Source: a bacterium
GTDB taxonomy: Bacteria > Hinthialibacterota > Hinthialibacteria > Hinthialibacterales > Hinthialibacteraceae
NCBI GenBank assembly: GCA_041946805.1
Contig: JBHGBC010000193.1
Coordinates: forward strand, 1-10,539
Direction: 5' to 3'
DNA: 10,539 bases
The translations under genes and the position numbers were made by a program. Numbering within the stretch: the first letter of the stretch is position 1; every line of letters begins with the position of its first letter. The notes under the pieces are model-generated. The model did no database searches and had not been told where the DNA came from. It worked only from the letters and a program-made list of their open reading frames with translations. This document shows positions 1 to 7,513 of the stretch, piece after piece.

Positions 1-77
1 GACCTTGGTGTCCGCCCTCATCCCGGCGTGAATGGAATCGATTTTACCTCATTATGTACGCACTTCCCGGATGGACC
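1..77 (+). mobile_element. MITE copy 1, right end (runs off the window's left edge)
   Basis: 59/77 ungapped identity (hand count) to 7745-7821; ends in TIR GTACGCACTTCCCGGATGGACC at 56-77. Confidence 0.85.
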
Positions 78-157
78 GAATTTGTGATGCAGTCATCCGG
101 CCTGCGTCCGTAAAACAGGGAATAGGCTATAGAATCAACTCGCAGGCTTTGCCCTTT

Positions 158-829
158 TCAGCGGGCGTATTTCATCAAGAGGTCGTCCACCGCTTCCTTG
201 ACCAGGCTGTCCTCGGAAACACCGTCCCGGGTGGCCCATTGTTGTAAGCGCTCGATCTGCAATTCCGTGAGGCGGGTTGGGTACTCCCGGGTGATGACGG
301 GGAACGCGCGCACGATGGGGCTGGCGCCGTTGAGATGGATCCGGAAGAGGGTTTCGCGCAAGGTCCGGAACAGTTCGAAGCGGTCCTGGGCGTCCTCGGG
401 GAACGCAGCCACCGCCCCGCACAAATCCAGCTGGCTGGCTTCATTCTTCAGCAACGGCCGGGACGCCTGATGAAACCGGGCGCGAATGGCCTCCCCCGCT
501 TTCCAGGCTTCATCCTTCTCCACGCCGGGCAAGACAAACAGAAATTCATTGGCGCCGGAACAATCCACAAAGACATTATCCGGGGTCTGGCCGAGGAGTA
601 TGTCGAGCAACGCCTTGACGATCTTCCGGGCCCGCCGCTCCCCCGGCATCGCGATGGGAGCCGCCAGCCCGGCGACGCGGAACAGGATGAACGAAATCCG
701 GATGCTCTCGGAGGCGGCGGCGGCCAGGATGCGGTCCACCAGCCGGCAGGTGGCGTTATCCCCCGGATAACGCAACGCCGCGTCGACGAGTCCGGCGGTC
801 TTCCGGGTGTGAATGAGTATTTTTCCCAT
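158..829 (-). CDS. Degenerate GGDEF-fold protein with C-terminal ribbon-helix-helix domain
   Basis: DCSGANEFLFVLPG aligns with the GGDEF signature region. EAWKAGEAIRARF and LCGAVAAFPEDA match the GGDEF C-terminal helix and strand. The tail TRLTELQIERLQQWATRDGVSEDSLVKEAVDDLLMKY is RHH-like. Start is either 829 (MGKILI, 223 aa) or 898 (246 aa). Confidence 0.75.
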   Translation of the reverse strand: MGKILIHTRKTAGLVDAALRYPGDNATCRLVDRILAAAASESIRISFILFRVAGLAAPIAMPGERRARKIVKALLDILLGQTPDNVFVDCSGANEFLFVLPGVEKDEAWKAGEAIRARFHQASRPLLKNEASQLDLCGAVAAFPEDAQDRFELFRTLRETLFRIHLNGASPIVRAFPVITREYPTRLTELQIERLQQWATRDGVSEDSLVKEAVDDLLMKYAR

Positions 830-1097
830 GATTACGGTCGGTCCCGGTTTGGGAACATATTCATCTTTCCAGTTTATACCGGTCCGGGAGGATGGCATTC
901 CCGCTGGAGCGTCCTTCCTCGCATCCGGCTTATAAATCCATTATCGGATGCGGGGTGAGAATGGTTGACGGAGGAAAAAGCGTAAAATAACGGAAGGGAA
1001 GAAAATGGCATCCCGTTCACCCGCCCCTGAGACTCAAACGGCAGGGCCTGAGATGATAACATCCTGTTACTCATGGCTTCTCGGATAGAAAATGTAT

Positions 1098-1183
1098 GGT
1101 TCATCCGGCAGGTGCGTACTTTCATCAACCATGCCGGGCCGCTCTTCAATCGGGCTGGCCGAAGAGATCTCCCCCTAATCCCC
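1098..1183 (+). mobile_element. MITE copy 2, left part (truncated or decayed)
   Basis: TIR GGTTCATCCGGCAGGTGCGTAC at 1098-1119 followed by TTTCATCAA, as in the 7612 copy. CCGAAGAGATCTCCCCCTAATCCCC resembles CCGATGAAAACCACCCCCAAAATCCCC of that copy. Confidence 0.7.
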
Positions 1184-1187
1184 ATTC

Positions 1188-2843
1188 TCACCGCCGGGGC
1201 GAGAGTGACCGGCCGGGTGAACTCATGTTTCCAAACGACGCTCCCCGGGGAGCGGAAAACGACGGTTCCCGCGGAGCCGAAAACGACGGTTCGCGGGGGG
1301 CGGAAAAGGAAGGGGGAGACGAGAAGGAGGGGCTGGGCGAAAATCTCTCCGGCTGGAAGTAGGACCGCGGCGCGCTGTAGTCCCGGGCAGACGAAAACGG
1401 ATTGGCCGATCCGCCCGGCCGGGGAATGGACAATGAGGGGAAATTAGAGTCCGAGAACCTTTCACGCCCGGGATCCAACGGGATTACCATACGGGAGGAT
1501 TCGGCGCGGGAATCGGCGCCCCATGCCGGAGAAAGGTACAATCCGGACCCGCCGGTGCGGGAAGGCGAATCCATATCGGACAGGCGGGAGTCATTGCTGG
1601 AATCCAACGCCGTGGGACGTAAAGCTCTCCGTTCCTGGAGGCTAAGCGACGGGTGTCCGGTGTCCGGGGAGGTCAGTGGGAGATCGGGCGTGATCCCGTC
1701 GCGGGTGGCCGCCGGATTGAGCATGATTCCGCTCCGGGAGGGCGAGAGGGACCGGGATCCCTGTTCCGCCCGGGGCGCCGGCAGGGTACGGGGAGACAGA
1801 TTCCCGCTGTCCATTCCCGGGACCTCGGCGCGGGGCAGCGAACCGGCCGGCGAACGGGTCTGGTTGCGGGGAATCGCGGTCCGGGACTCGCGGAGGTTGC
1901 TGGATCCATCCGGAAAGGCGCTGCGCGGGAAGTTTCCCGAAGTGGATCCCCGCAGCGGCTCATACTGGGAGCTCCGTGGACTCTGTTGCCGCACGGTCCG
2001 GGAGTTCTCGAAACGGCCGCTATCCGAGAACATCCGCACCTCGGGATTCCGGTCTCCGGTCATGGGCCGCCGCTCGCGGGGCCGCCCGTGGTCATCGGGC
2101 TTCACGATGATGACCGGCGGACACCACCACCAGCCGCCGTACCCCCAATAGCCCCAAGGATACCAGGGATCCCAATAAGCATAGCTCGGCCCGATCCGGT
2201 AGGGAAACCAGGGATCGTACCATGCGCAGCCCCAGAACGGATTGTAATAATCGTAGGGGCTGTATGCATAAGGGAGCGCCGGCCAGTAACTGAAATAAAA
2301 TGTGGTGGATAGAGGATAATCATAGATCACCACCGCGCCCCGGTCGAACCAGTAAGGATCGCCGTACCATCCCCACGCGTAAAAATAGGAGGGATAGAAA
2401 AACGTGTTGTAGTGGATGTAGTCATAGTATCCCCAGCGGCAATAGGGCTGACGGACCTGGTAGGCGACATACTGTTTGGGATACACATATAAATCGAAAT
2501 AATAGGGATCGTACACTTCGGACACGATCCAGTCGGCCGGAGACCAAGCCATGCTGTCGGGCGGCGCGAGCGTATCGAGAGCCGTGATACCGCCCGGATA
2601 GAGGCCGGTGAAATCGGAATCCGTCCGACTCTCTCCCCCGCCCAGGACCACGGGATCGGTGATGACCGACCAGGAATAGGGATCATTCTGGCTGGTGTAA
2701 CCGGCCGGACGATCCCACCGGCTATCCATCCCCAGGGTTGAGTGGGGATAGGGGGGGGAAGCCACCCGGCGCGGGGTATGCGAACACCCCGTGAGAAACA
2801 CAAGCGACAAAAGGAAAACGGTCTGGCTCACCCAGCGGCGCAT
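1188..2843 (-). CDS. Hypothetical lipoprotein with a Y/W/P/D-rich region and an R/S/P/G-rich disordered C-terminus (551 aa)
   Basis: Signal peptide with lipobox (MRRWVSQTVFLLSLVFLTG-C); purine-rich GAAGGGAAGAAG before the ATG; long ORF with strongly biased composition. Confidence 0.8.
   Translation of the reverse strand: MRRWVSQTVFLLSLVFLTGCSHTPRRVASPPYPHSTLGMDSRWDRPAGYTSQNDPYSWSVITDPVVLGGGESRTDSDFTGLYPGGITALDTLAPPDSMAWSPADWIVSEVYDPYYFDLYVYPKQYVAYQVRQPYCRWGYYDYIHYNTFFYPSYFYAWGWYGDPYWFDRGAVVIYDYPLSTTFYFSYWPALPYAYSPYDYYNPFWGCAWYDPWFPYRIGPSYAYWDPWYPWGYWGYGGWWWCPPVIIVKPDDHGRPRERRPMTGDRNPEVRMFSDSGRFENSRTVRQQSPRSSQYEPLRGSTSGNFPRSAFPDGSSNLRESRTAIPRNQTRSPAGSLPRAEVPGMDSGNLSPRTLPAPRAEQGSRSLSPSRSGIMLNPAATRDGITPDLPLTSPDTGHPSLSLQERRALRPTALDSSNDSRLSDMDSPSRTGGSGLYLSPAWGADSRAESSRMVIPLDPGRERFSDSNFPSLSIPRPGGSANPFSSARDYSAPRSYFQPERFSPSPSFSSPPSFSAPREPSFSAPREPSFSAPRGASFGNMSSPGRSLSPRR
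1249..1310. repeat. In-frame 24-bp tandem repeat encoding PSFSAPRE units
   Basis: GGAGCGGAAAACGACGGTTCCCGC / GGAGCCGAAAACGACGGTTCGCGG / partial third unit; no spacers. Confidence 0.85.
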
Positions 2844-2937
2844 GATCTTCTTCCCTTCGATTCCCAGTGAAAAATCCGGCCGGGCTCATCATTCGGGTAA
2901 AAACCGATAAAGTCTGGAGGAATAACCTCGATACTAA

Positions 2938-2946
2938 ATTATACCA
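2938..2946 (-). promoter_or_regulatory. Extended -10 element (TGGTATAAT) upstream of the lipoprotein gene
   Basis: TGn-TATAAT on the minus strand about 95 nt before the ATG at 2843. Confidence 0.5.
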
Positions 2947-3010
2947 TGCCCCGTTCGTGGCGGCCCGGTTTCCCTATCGAAAAGCGGCGTGGAACGGCTA
3001 AAAAAACCAT

Positions 3011-3263
3011 GGTTCATCCGGCCAGTGAGTACACAGGGGGGGTGAAATCACGTTTCTAATCCAATATTCCAAACCGAAGAGAGAACAATTTTCTTTACCA
3101 GCGATCTTTGGAACCATCCGATGGGATAAACGGCGAAGACAGGCTTCTCCTCCCCCGGGCTCGCTTCCGGAGGGAGAGGGGATGGAGTTGATCTCTCTGG
3201 TTACCGCGATTGGCCATGGATCGCTTTTTTTGCGGTAATAAGTGCGCACTTACCGGAGGAATC
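3011..3263 (-). mobile_element. MITE copy 3, complete (253 bp), inverted relative to the 7612 copy
   Basis: TIRs at 3011-3032 and 3242-3263 (16/22 complementary). Flanks AAAACCAT (3003-3010) and AAAACTAT (3264-3271) form a 7/8 TSD. The minus strand carries ATGGCCAATCGCG and ATCCCCTCTCCCTC, shared with the 7612 copy. Confidence 0.8.
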
Positions 3264-3315
3264 AAAACTATTGGTTGAATTTTTGAATAAAAAATGGCAG
3301 AGTTGTAAATTATCT

Positions 3316-3344
3316 TTGATTTTTGAATTATAATAGACTAAAAT
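3316..3344 (+). promoter_or_regulatory. Putative sigma70 promoter for the cyclase gene
   Basis: TTGATT-N17-TAAAAT in an AT-rich tract; an extra TATAAT at 3329-3334. Confidence 0.5.
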
Positions 3345-3524
3345 AGTGAGGGTTCGAGGGAGCGGATAGCGCGTTGGTATGCATTCCGTGACTCATTTTT
3401 TGGCGCCTTTATAAGCTGCTACTTTGAAAAAATCGCACGCTGGAGGGGAATTTCCCGGGATATTCACGATCCGTACATCCCAGGAACGACCGTTAGTATC
3501 GGAGACATCACCGCGGAAAAGCCC

Positions 3525-4829
3525 ATGAAACTGAAATCCTCGATTCAAAGAAGTAATGTCACCTCGCAGGAACTGGAAAGGCGCTTGAAGCACGCGCTGA
3601 AGAAAAACGCGGAAAACGAAAAAAAATACCGCGAGACCAATCAACGTTTCTGGACCCTTTTGTTCATCGATGTTACCGCTACCGCCCGGCCGTTATGGGG
3701 CAAAAACGAGGAAGAAGCCGGCCGCCTCCTGGCCGCATACCAGCAGCTGGTCCGGGCCGCCCTGAACGACAAAGGCGCCAGTTTCATCGAACCGGGCGGG
3801 GGGACCTTGGTGCTCGTCTCGTTCGAGGAACCGGCGCTGGCCCTGGCCGCCGCCCACGAAGTGTTGCGAGTTCTGGACGACTGGAACGCGGTCCGGCCCG
3901 ATGGCGTCGAATTGCGTCCCGCCATCGGCATTCACCAGGGATACGTGAATTTCTACGGCGGAACCATCCATCAGTCCAACACCAGCAACATCGCCAAACG
4001 CATCCAATCCGAGGCGAAATCCGGGCAAATCCTGGCCTCCGCGGTAATTTATGAGCAGTTGAAGGCCGATCCCCGCTTCGAGTTTTGCTTTGTCGGCACC
4101 TATACTCTGAAAAACATTCCCGAGCCCCAAGACATCTACCAGATCTCCTTGACGACCGGGACCGACCTCCCCGCCACTCCGCCACGTGATATACAATCCC
4201 TCGATACCCCTTTGGTTGCAATTATGGATTTCAATTCCTACCATTGGGCCTTTGTTTATATCGATGTCTGCGAATCGACCCGGAAATTCTGGAAATACGG
4301 CGATCAGCACGCCAGCCTGCTCATCCAGGATTACCAGAAACTATGCCATGAGACCTTCATCGCCTGCGGCAGTTGTTACGTGAAATCCTGCGAGGGCGAT
4401 CAAATCATCGCCGCCTTCGAAATCGAGGACATCGACAGCGCCGCGGTCGCATCCATCAAGATTCTCAAGGATCTTTTCCGCCGCAACGTCAACTTCCCTC
4501 CCACCAAGCATGTACGCGCGGCCCTCGGCATCCACCTCGGCGAAGTGGTTATCCAGAGCAACAGCCTGGTCCAAACCCAGGACATGCGGGTGGGCAAGGC
4601 CATCCAATCCCAGGCCTTGGCCGACGAAATCCTGATCTCCGTGGAAGCGGCTCGTCTGCTCGATCCCGAAATCCTGCAATACACCGCCGAATACGGACAA
4701 TGCCAGTTTCCCGGCATCCCCGAACCGTATGAACTGCGGACCTTGAAGTGGTTTCACGCTTCCCTGCGCCCCAGCCTGTTGTATCCCAGCCGCAAGAAAA
4801 CGTCCCGGCTCAAGGTGCTGTACCGGTAA
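3525..4829 (+). CDS. Tandem class III (adenylate/guanylate cyclase-like) two-domain protein, 434 aa
   Basis: Two repeats of the class III pattern: LLFIDV...IGIHQG...SNIAKRIQ...GQILAS...LKNIPEP, and FVYIDV...EGDQII...LGIHLG...DEILIS...FPGIPEP. Short charged N-terminal helix; no obvious transmembrane segment. Confidence 0.88.
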   Translation: MKLKSSIQRSNVTSQELERRLKHALKKNAENEKKYRETNQRFWTLLFIDVTATARPLWGKNEEEAGRLLAAYQQLVRAALNDKGASFIEPGGGTLVLVSFEEPALALAAAHEVLRVLDDWNAVRPDGVELRPAIGIHQGYVNFYGGTIHQSNTSNIAKRIQSEAKSGQILASAVIYEQLKADPRFEFCFVGTYTLKNIPEPQDIYQISLTTGTDLPATPPRDIQSLDTPLVAIMDFNSYHWAFVYIDVCESTRKFWKYGDQHASLLIQDYQKLCHETFIACGSCYVKSCEGDQIIAAFEIEDIDSAAVASIKILKDLFRRNVNFPPTKHVRAALGIHLGEVVIQSNSLVQTQDMRVGKAIQSQALADEILISVEAARLLDPEILQYTAEYGQCQFPGIPEPYELRTLKWFHASLRPSLLYPSRKKTSRLKVLYR

Positions 4830-4870
4830 GGACTTGCCGCCGAAGGCGTCCCGTCACGAAGTGGTGGTTT

Positions 4871-5512
4871 TCAAGGTTCGCGCAAGCCCCAACGGGATTC
4901 GGTCAACTCATCGAGGTTGAAGTCCACGAGGGGATGGCCGTCGGGGGGAAGGTTGGTTTCCGGACTGGATAATTCCGCCTGGACAGTATCCGGCTTGCGG
5001 ACCACCACCGGTTCCTGGGGCGTGGGGGCAAAACGGTCCAGGCCCAGCCAGAAGGAGGGTTTGAGAAAGTCGGAGAAGTCGCTGAAACGCCGGCTCATGC
5101 CGATCTGGATGGCGTAATCGGATTTGATGGACAACGAGTTGAGCAGCGATCCTTTTTCCTCGAACGCTTCGCCCTTTTTGGGGAGGATGGAATAGTCCAG
5201 CTGATAGGGCCGGCGGTTGAAAATTTTACCTTTCTGTATGGGCCGCACGTACGATTGATAGAGATCGTTGATGTCCTCCGCCCGGTCCGATACAAACAGA
5301 TCGATCCGCGCTCCGATCCCCAGGGGAAGATTGCTCTCAAAATGGCGGGGCTGAGGCATCATTTCCTCGGAGGCAAGCAGCGGCTGCCGGAGGTTCTCGC
5401 GGCCCAGGCCCACGGAGATCGGGCCTTGTGGCTGGGAGGTGAAACACCCCTGCAACCCGCAAACCAATACGGCTAGACCACTCCACACCACGGGTCTGAT
5501 CCAATTCCACAT
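4871..5512 (-). CDS. Hypothetical lipoprotein (213 aa)
   Basis: Starting at MWNWIRPVVWSGLAVLVCGLQG-C gives a signal peptide with lipobox. The extension to 5755 crosses the AT-richer divergent intergenic region and is probably not translated. Confidence 0.65.
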   Translation of the reverse strand: MWNWIRPVVWSGLAVLVCGLQGCFTSQPQGPISVGLGRENLRQPLLASEEMMPQPRHFESNLPLGIGARIDLFVSDRAEDINDLYQSYVRPIQKGKIFNRRPYQLDYSILPKKGEAFEEKGSLLNSLSIKSDYAIQIGMSRRFSDFSDFLKPSFWLGLDRFAPTPQEPVVVRKPDTVQAELSSPETNLPPDGHPLVDFNLDELTESRWGLREP

Positions 5513-5710
5513 CGTGTATTTTTCCAGGGCCGGCATTCGCGTCTCCCGTTTCACGACCCCATGCCGCCAAAGGAGCAAAGGAATACAAAACAACCGCGCA
5601 AGCGTCGGGAACAAGACAACCAACCGGGGTCTTTTTATTGTATCGGCTATAGTTTCGGACAATTCAGGATCACACTTGACTTCAATGTCGTGGAAAAAGC
5701 ATATCATACC

Positions 5711-5739
5711 ATAGTACGAAGCATCACAGGATTTGTCAC
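5711..5739 (-). promoter_or_regulatory. Possible sigma70 promoter for the 5512 lipoprotein gene
   Basis: GTGACA-N17-TACTAT on the minus strand. Confidence 0.3.
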
Positions 5740-5835
5740 GAATCCGGATTTTCACTGCCTTGGGTATTTCCTCCGGGATGATATAGTCTACCTCGTTCCC
5801 CGCTTTTGCCTACCCAAGGCAAGCGCGTCATCCCC

Positions 5836-7332
5836 ATGCACGATCCCGTTGGGATCAAGCCAGGCGACATGAAATTAGATTTATCGCTGGTCCCGGAACC
5901 GGTCAAGAGGCTGCAGGAACTCCTCGGCCCGGCCAAATCCTACGTCGTGGGGGGCATCCTGCGTGATTCCCTGGGCGCGGCCCGGCCCGGCCCGGAAGGA
6001 ATCATTTCACGAATCACCGGCAACGATTGGGACCTTGCCACTCCGCTCCGGCCCCGGGAAGTGCTGACCCGCCTGCGCCGGGCGGGCGTCACGGCCGTCC
6101 CCATCGGTTTCGAACACGGCACCGTGGCCGCGGTGATCGAGGGCGTCTCCCACGAAATCACCACCTTCCGGTATGACCTCGAATACCGGGACGGCCGGCA
6201 CCCCACGGTGCGCTTCGCCGATTCGTTGGAAGACGACCTGATGCGCCGCGATTTCACCGTCAATTCGCTGGCCTTGGACCTGGAGAGCGGGGAGATTCTC
6301 GATCTGTTCGGCGGCCTCCGCGACCTTCAGGACCGGATCATCCGCACAGTGGGGGATCCCGAAGTCCGCTTCCGGGAGGACTACCTGCGCATGCTGCGCG
6401 CCGCCCGCTTCGCCGCCAAGCTGGAAGGCGTGATCGATCCGGAGACCCGGGCGGCCGTCTTGCGCAACGCCCCGCTCATCCAGAACGTCTCCCCTGAACG
6501 CGTCCGGGAGGAAATTCTCAAACTGCTGACCTACCGGCAGCCCTCGCAAGGCTTCGAATGGATGCAGGCCACCGGCCTGCTGCTATACATCCTGCCGGAA
6601 CTGGAGAGCGGATTCGGCGTGGGCCAGAACCGCTTCCATGCCGACGATGTGGCCCGGCACACCCTGCACGCCGTGGACGCCCTCGATCCCCGCTACCCGT
6701 TCCTGCGCTTCGTCACGCTGATGCACGACCTCGGCAAGGTTCCAGCCAAACGGTATATGCCCCACAAGGGGGATTATGTGTTTTACGGGCACCAGTACGT
6801 CAGCAAGCGGATGACCCGCCGCATCATGCGCCGCCTGCGGTTCTCGAACAAGGAGATCGAAACCGCCACGGCCATCGTCGAAAACCACATGTACAACCTG
6901 AAACCGGACCTCTCCGAGGGGGCCAGCCGGCGCTTCATCCGCAAACTGGGACGTGAGAACGTGGAAGGATTTCTGCGCCTGCGCATGGCCGACCGCAAGG
7001 GGAACCATCTGAACGAGGACGGTTACGAAAAGGGGATCTTTCATTTCGTCCGTTCCCTGCGCAAGATCACCCGCGCCGACGATGCCCTGACCGTGCAGAA
7101 ACTGCGGATCAACGGCTACGACCTGATGGAGATGGGACTGATCCCCGGTCCGGTTTTTTCCCGTATTCTGAATGGGATCCTCGAGGAAGTACTGGACAAT
7201 CCATCACTTAACGAGCGCGAATACCTGCTGGGACGCGCCCGCAAGATAGTACAGGAATACCAGCGCACCGGGGATATTCAGATCCAGCCTCCGTCCTCCA
7301 CCCCCGAAGAGGAAGACGGGGAAGAAGCGTAA
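5836..7332 (+). CDS. cca: CCA tRNA nucleotidyltransferase (class II) with HD domain
   Basis: Motifs YVVGGILRD, DWD, EITTFR, RRDFTVN, EDYLRMLRAARF and ERVREE; HD domain H..HT..MHDLGK..NHM..AD. The flexible loop RYDLEYRDGRHP is present and the poly(A) polymerase G-R/K-R/K-F signature is absent. Start is 5836 or 5869. Confidence 0.9.
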   Translation: MHDPVGIKPGDMKLDLSLVPEPVKRLQELLGPAKSYVVGGILRDSLGAARPGPEGIISRITGNDWDLATPLRPREVLTRLRRAGVTAVPIGFEHGTVAAVIEGVSHEITTFRYDLEYRDGRHPTVRFADSLEDDLMRRDFTVNSLALDLESGEILDLFGGLRDLQDRIIRTVGDPEVRFREDYLRMLRAARFAAKLEGVIDPETRAAVLRNAPLIQNVSPERVREEILKLLTYRQPSQGFEWMQATGLLLYILPELESGFGVGQNRFHADDVARHTLHAVDALDPRYPFLRFVTLMHDLGKVPAKRYMPHKGDYVFYGHQYVSKRMTRRIMRRLRFSNKEIETATAIVENHMYNLKPDLSEGASRRFIRKLGRENVEGFLRLRMADRKGNHLNEDGYEKGIFHFVRSLRKITRADDALTVQKLRINGYDLMEMGLIPGPVFSRILNGILEEVLDNPSLNEREYLLGRARKIVQEYQRTGDIQIQPPSSTPEEEDGEEA

Positions 7333-7356
7333 CGTTTGACTGAAAAGCTACACTTG

Positions 7357-7503
7357 CTTGAACACGGGAAGCGCGCCGGAAGCATGGCCCAGGCCGCAAG
7401 CCCCGGAACCTAAGCGCTCAACGCGCAAAATTTCCTCCGGGCGGGAGAGTGGGCGGAGGATGCGGCTATACCTGCGGAGAAACGGGAACACTCCGGATGA
7501 ACC
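7357..7503 (+). mobile_element. Possible highly decayed MITE copy
   Basis: Ends in CACTCCGGATGAACC, whose last 11 nt match the TIR end exactly. Internal CAAAATTTCCTCC..GGGAGAG resembles CAAAATCCCCTCTCCC..GGGAGAAG. The left TIR matches only about 12/22. Confidence 0.4.
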
Positions 7504-7513
7504 GGGCGGGGGA

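Noticed and set aside
921..951. GCATCCG...CGGATGC inverted repeat as an RHH operator
   Set aside because: Only 7-bp arms with a long spacer; plausible by chance and without independent support.
965..988. TTGACG...TAAAAT promoter
   Set aside because: The spacer is only 12 nt and no plus-strand gene follows.
1249..1310. 24-bp repeats as a CRISPR array
   Set aside because: Tandem, no spacers, in-frame coding repeat, no cas genes nearby.
335..2312. Long plus-strand ORFs (335-958, 1402-2151, 1653-2312)
   Set aside because: Antisense shadows of better-supported genes in GC-rich DNA; no recognisable motifs.
3525..4829. Pycsar/CBASS-type defence cyclase
   Set aside because: No co-oriented effector gene (TIR, TM or cNMP-binding); the next gene is convergent and composition is host-like.
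5513..5755. N-terminal extension of the 294-aa ORF
   Set aside because: It would bury the lipoprotein signal peptide and spans the divergent promoter region.
5836..7332. Poly(A) polymerase PcnB
   Set aside because: Lacks the PAP G-R/K-R/K-F signature; has PIGFEHGT and an HD domain typical of tRNA nucleotidyltransferases.
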